A stretch of DNA of 64,000 nucleotides, taken from positions 32,001-96,000 of the forward strand of contig CAVZDU010000001.1 of assembly GCA_963774265.1 (NCBI GenBank), in the 5' to 3' direction. The notes below the pieces were generated by a model. The model saw nothing but the letters and a program-made list of their open reading frames with translations, was not told the DNA's origin and made no database searches. A program made the position numbers and the translations under genes. Each line of letters starts with the position of its first letter. The first letter of the stretch is position 1. Source of the stretch: an uncultured Chloroflexia bacterium (GTDB taxonomy: Bacteria > Chloroflexota > Anaerolineae > CG2-30-64-16). This document shows positions 59,968 to 64,000 of this stretch, piece after piece.

Positions 59968-61153
59968 TGACGCCTCGGTAAATTTCGACCAGTCGAGCAG
60001 CGATGATATCCCAATCGTACTCCTTTTCTGCCCGGAGTCGCGCAGCCCGGCTCATGGCCTGCCAGCCAGGGTCGTCGCTCAAGACCGCCGTGATAGCCTC
60101 GGCCAGCGCCTGGGGCTGCGCAGGTGGCGCCAATTTGCCCACCTCCTGCGTGACGACGTCGACGATGCCATCTACAGCGCTCGCGACAATGGGAGTGCCG
60201 CACGAGAGTGCTTCCAGGAGGACCACGCCCAGCCCTTCCTCCAGGCTCGGCAAGACAAACAGCCTCGCCCGGCGCATCGCGGCCACGACTTCCGCCTGCG
60301 GCAGGAAGCCCGCCATGTCGATGCGATCGACGATGCCCAACGCCGCGGCCTGTTCGCGGAGCGCTTGCTCATCCGGCCCATCGCCCAGCATGACCAACCG
60401 ATAGCCAGGAAGGGCTGTGAGGACAGATGGCATGGCCTCGATCAAATGGTTGGCGCCCTTGCGCGGAATCAACGAGCCCACAAACAGAATCAGAGGTTCA
60501 CGTTCCGCCACTGGCGCCGGGGTGAACCGCCCGGTATCGACGCCATTCGGTACGATTGTCAGGCGGTCCATCGGTATGCCGGTGCGTGCGGTCGCCTGCG
60601 CCAGCGCGCGGCTCAGTACCAGCACGCGGTCGCAGGCCCGCAGTGTGGCCGCGGTCAGCCGGCGCCCGAGCCCGCTTCTTGTCACCTGAAAAATGTCGCT
60701 GCCCTGCAGAGTGGCAACGACCGGCCGGCGGTGGACGGGCCGCGCAAGCACAGCCGCAAGCGCCGACAACGTCCAGTTGGCATGCACCACGTCGCAATCA
60801 CGTGCCCACCGTGCGATCGCCAACACGTGCGCCAGGCCAAAAGGCACGAACAGCAACCGGGCCAGCTTGTTACGTCGCCAGATGATGGGCAGTCCACCGC
60901 CTTCGCGTCTCAGGATCTCCCAGTTCTCCCTGGGCATATAGCGCGGGCGGATGACCTCGATGCCTTCAAGCGTCTCATGCGTGGCCGCGCCCGGTGCGTG
61001 CATCGCGATCACGCGGACCGCAGCTCCCGTCCGGCAAACGGCGCGGGCGGCCTCCCAAACAAAACTGCCCTGCGCGTCGCCGGCCCAGCGGGGAAACGCA
61101 GTTGTAACGATACAGACTCTCAATTTGCGATCCATTTCCCTCAAGGGGTTCAC
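59960..61153 (-). CDS. GT4 glycosyltransferase
   Basis: GSD, VPNGVD, RKG, EGLGVVLLEA (EX7E). Confidence 0.93.
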   Translation of the reverse strand: MNPLREMDRKLRVCIVTTAFPRWAGDAQGSFVWEAARAVCRTGAAVRVIAMHAPGAATHETLEGIEVIRPRYMPRENWEILRREGGGLPIIWRRNKLARLLFVPFGLAHVLAIARWARDCDVVHANWTLSALAAVLARPVHRRPVVATLQGSDIFQVTRSGLGRRLTAATLRACDRVLVLSRALAQATARTGIPMDRLTIVPNGVDTGRFTPAPVAEREPLILFVGSLIPRKGANHLIEAMPSVLTALPGYRLVMLGDGPDEQALREQAAALGIVDRIDMAGFLPQAEVVAAMRRARLFVLPSLEEGLGVVLLEALSCGTPIVASAVDGIVDVVTQEVGKLAPPAQPQALAEAITAVLSDDPGWQAMSRAARLRAEKEYDWDIIAARLVEIYRGVSG

Positions 61154-62666
61154 CTGCTCGATGCCGTACGCTCCAGGTAAATGGGCGACCAGCCAACGGC
61201 AAGCCGCCCTCCGGGCACGGCCAGCTTCTGACCGAATTTATCGTAAGCCGCGAGGAAGCCGGCCGGCAAAACCAGGCTGACATCACTTCCATCCGTGGAC
61301 CAAAGGATAAGCAACTGCCGCCCGTCCTCTTTCCCAAACTGTTGCCCCGACACACCCTGGAACTCGGTCACTGCGCGCTGATAGCGCGCCCGGCCGAGCT
61401 GGCTGCCCAGGTACTTGTACGCGGCGAAAGCCGGCTTGGGCGTAAGGTCAGGGAGGATCAGCCCCTTGTATTTGAACTCCGTGATCAGTGCATAGTAGGT
61501 CGCACCGGAAAGACCCAGGCCGTAGGCCTCAGCGTAGACGCGCGGGATAAAAGCGGCCCCAACCTCGTTACATTCCGGTGTGGGATCGTCGCATTTCAGC
61601 GCAACCTCGCCTGCAAACACGGGCTTCTTGTCAAACCCGTAGCGTGCCAGTATCCGCCGCACGAACCCGACTTTCTCCGGCAACCCCGTGCCGCCACCAG
61701 CCGGATCGCTCCAGGCATAGTAGCTATGCATGCGCTGTGGAAGATCCATGCGCAGAACTGCGTAGGAATGCACATCCACCATGTCGAAGTAGGGTCCGCC
61801 GCCATTGCGCAGCACGCCTTCCAAGAAATGACCCGAGGCCCACCGCCGTTCGTTGTCGCAGCCGTTACCTGGCGACGTCGTCTCAGGGTCACACTCGAGC
61901 AATAAGCCGGCCATCATGACCTGCGCACCGGGATCTGCCGCCTTGATGCGAGGGTAGACAACCTTCAGCATGTCGGCATAGTAAGGTCCACCATAGTATG
62001 GATCGTTTGGATCGCCCCAGCAGCCGAATGGCGCATCCCCCCACACCTCGGCCGGCGCCACGTCCGGCTCATTGCCGATCTGCCAATGGCGCACGCCGTA
62101 GCGCGTCTGGCTACCATAACGAGCCACCACTTGTTCCATGAACCGCGCAAAGGCCTCGAACTTGTCGCGCCTCACTGGACCGCACGGATACGAAGCAACA
62201 CCCTGCGCCCACGTTGGCGTCATTTGGATGTTGATGATCGGCTCGAAAGCGTCCGCGGAGCGCGCAGCAACTCCTGTTCAAGTTGGGCGAGCACTTCCCA
62301 ATGGTTCTGCCCTTCGACCGGCTCTACTTCCAACCACGAAAGCTCCCGATAGCGCCGCACCCAACGCGCGCCGAGCTGTTGAATGCGGTCGTAAGCGTAC
62401 TGGTTGGCGAATCCTTCAACTGCCACACCCAGCAGTGGCGCGGCCGCGCGATCCCTGTTCGCTGCGACTGGCAGTTGGGTCCGCTTCGCAGGCGCCGGGG
62501 TTGCCTCGGCTGCGGGTTTGCTGCGAATCACCGGTTTTGCGGTAGGGGTTGGTTTCGGGGCAACCACAAGGTCGTCACCAGGCGGCCATCCGGGAGTCAG
62601 GCCGGCAAAGATGGTGACGACTATTGCGAGCACGATTCTGGCAGCGATCATTGGCTGAGACTCCAT
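61150..62666 (-). CDS. Secreted GH39-like glycoside hydrolase with an apparent frameshift near 62245-62258
   Basis: Signal/TM, P/T linker and GARWVR...W.EVEP..G join FEPIINIQMTPTWA...WQIGNEPD...DVHSY...KPVFAGE...KPAF.AY. Confidence 0.8.
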
Positions 62667-64000
62667 TCGTTGCGCAGCGGGGCGAACAGCAACAGGCTCG
62701 CTCCCTGGCCGTAAAGCTGCAGCCCGGTGTTAGGAATCGCCGCATACTCGGCCTGTGTAGCCATCGGACCGGTCGGCGCGGAGACCCCTCTCACCCTGCC
62801 GTCAGCATCAACCTGCCGCCAGGCGCCCGTTTGGACAGATCGAACGGCGGCCGGGGCAATGCTGGCGTCCAGCCACCCTGCGGATGCTGCCCGGCGCAGG
62901 CCGTATCCGATCAGTGCGGAGCCACTGGTCTCATGATAGAAGTCAGGACGGTTCACGATTGTGGACCACAGACCCGACGCATCCTGACAGGCGACCAGAC
63001 CACGCTGCTGTGCGTGGAGCCTGGCCAACAATGCCTGGGTGTCGATCGCGTCCGCGGGCGCGTCCCGCAGCGCTTCCACCGTCGCGACCATAGCCCAACC
63101 ATTGCCGCGCGCCCAAAAATGCGGGCCAAAATACCAGTTTTCGCTCGCATCCCACCCGTGGCGAAAAAGCCCGGTCAGCGGATCCTGGAGGTGTTTTGCA
63201 TGGAGCAAGACTTGCTGCCGCGCAAAATCATGGTAGAGCGGCCCTGCTGATAGATCGGTGCGCCCCATCGCCATCATGAACGGTACGACGCCAATCAATG
63301 TGTCGTCCCAGACGGTGTCGCCCTCATGGAAGAGCGTGCCATCTGCCGCCCGTGGCGCCTCATTATACAGGTAATGCAGCACCTCGACCGCGTAAGCGTG
63401 GCGAGCAAAGCCCCCTTCCGCCTGCCACACACTAATGGCCGCCAGCCCCAACAGCCCATCGTTCACATGCCCGATAGGGTGGCTCGCTGTGATGCAGCCG
63501 TCGATCCAGTCGCGGACCCAAGCCAGGTATCGGCGGTCTCCGGTCTCCTGCCAAATTGTGATGAGACCGTAGGCCCACGTGCCGGCCTCCCAATCGCAGC
63601 GCAGTCCGGCCAGCATGCCCCGGCCGGTTGCACCGATATGATACAGAGGACTTTCGAAGGAGCGCAGAAACACGTCGTGACCCTGGCCCTCCGGCGCGGC
63701 AGCAAACACAAGCGAACTGCCGTCACCAGCAACCCTGGGTGTGAACACGCTCCAACCGGGCCGAGACCAGAGCTGCCGCGCACCGGCGCCGGCGGGATTG
63801 ACGAGTGTCACCTGGTCGACGCCACCCTGGGCTGAAACGTAAACGACTCCGCTTCCATCAGGAATGACAAGCGGGTAGTTGACAGCCGAATCAAGGGATG
63901 TCATACGGGTCACATCGGAGCCATCTGGGGCCATGCGATAGGCGGCACTGACGCCGTCCCGTTCGCTGCGGAACACAATTGAGTGACCGTCTGCCGAAAA
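62648..64000 (-). CDS. TolB/PD40 beta-propeller fused to a GH105/GH88-like (alpha/alpha)6 hydrolase; 5' end outside the window
   Basis: Frame open to the edge (FSADGHSIVFRSERDG; AGDGSSLVF); then DWEAG, VWDD, TGLFRHGWD, WARGNGW, QDASGLW, ETSGSA, YGQG. Confidence 0.85.
   Translation of the reverse strand, partial: FSADGHSIVFRSERDGVSAAYRMAPDGSDVTRMTSLDSAVNYPLVIPDGSGVVYVSAQGGVDQVTLVNPAGAGARQLWSRPGWSVFTPRVAGDGSSLVFAAAPEGQGHDVFLRSFESPLYHIGATGRGMLAGLRCDWEAGTWAYGLITIWQETGDRRYLAWVRDWIDGCITASHPIGHVNDGLLGLAAISVWQAEGGFARHAYAVEVLHYLYNEAPRAADGTLFHEGDTVWDDTLIGVVPFMMAMGRTDLSAGPLYHDFARQQVLLHAKHLQDPLTGLFRHGWDASENWYFGPHFWARGNGWAMVATVEALRDAPADAIDTQALLARLHAQQRGLVACQDASGLWSTIVNRPDFYHETSGSALIGYGLRRAASAGWLDASIAPAAVRSVQTGAWRQVDADGRVRGVSAPTGPMATQAEYAAIPNTGLQLYGQGASLLLFAPLRNEWSLSQ

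Noticed and set aside
1-64000. CRISPR array, cas genes, rRNA or tRNA genes
   Set aside because: No regularly spaced direct repeats, cloverleaf or rRNA signatures seen; intergenic gaps are short and mostly explained.

Overview
High-GC bacterial chromosome segment. Gene content (DUF3090, DegV, an ANTAR two-component pair, secreted proteins with terminal 'LP-hydrophobic' motifs, no outer-membrane or LPS genes) suggests a Chloroflexota genome, probably Anaerolineae/Caldilineae-like; this is inference. Bases 1-39.3 kb are mostly housekeeping and metabolic genes (tatA, codA-like deaminase plus GntR, CPA2 antiporter, rfbC, nfo, tsaD, fabF/fabH, zwf/pgl). This part also holds one complete IS256-superfamily element (20125-21566, 8-bp target duplication), a 1129-aa GHMP-kinase/UDP-sugar-pyrophosphorylase fusion and several structured intergenic elements. 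Bases 39.5-64 kb are a minus-strand surface-glycan locus: glycosyltransferases, Wzm/Wzt, a methyltransferase-coiled-coil-GT2-GT4 polymerase, five glycoside hydrolases, a beta-propeller, a lipoprotein and a separately transcribed four-repeat S-layer-like protein. The best candidate for a new system is here. Five secreted passengers carry a terminal strand (e.g. YLPLVSKR) that matches the first strand of repeats 2-4 of the S-layer-like protein (e.g. VVPLVAKR), while repeat 1 lacks that strand. This suggests surface display by donor-strand complementation. About nine single-base frameshifts in conserved genes look like assembly errors. No rRNA, tRNA or CRISPR array was seen. All family calls come from manual motif recognition, not database searches.
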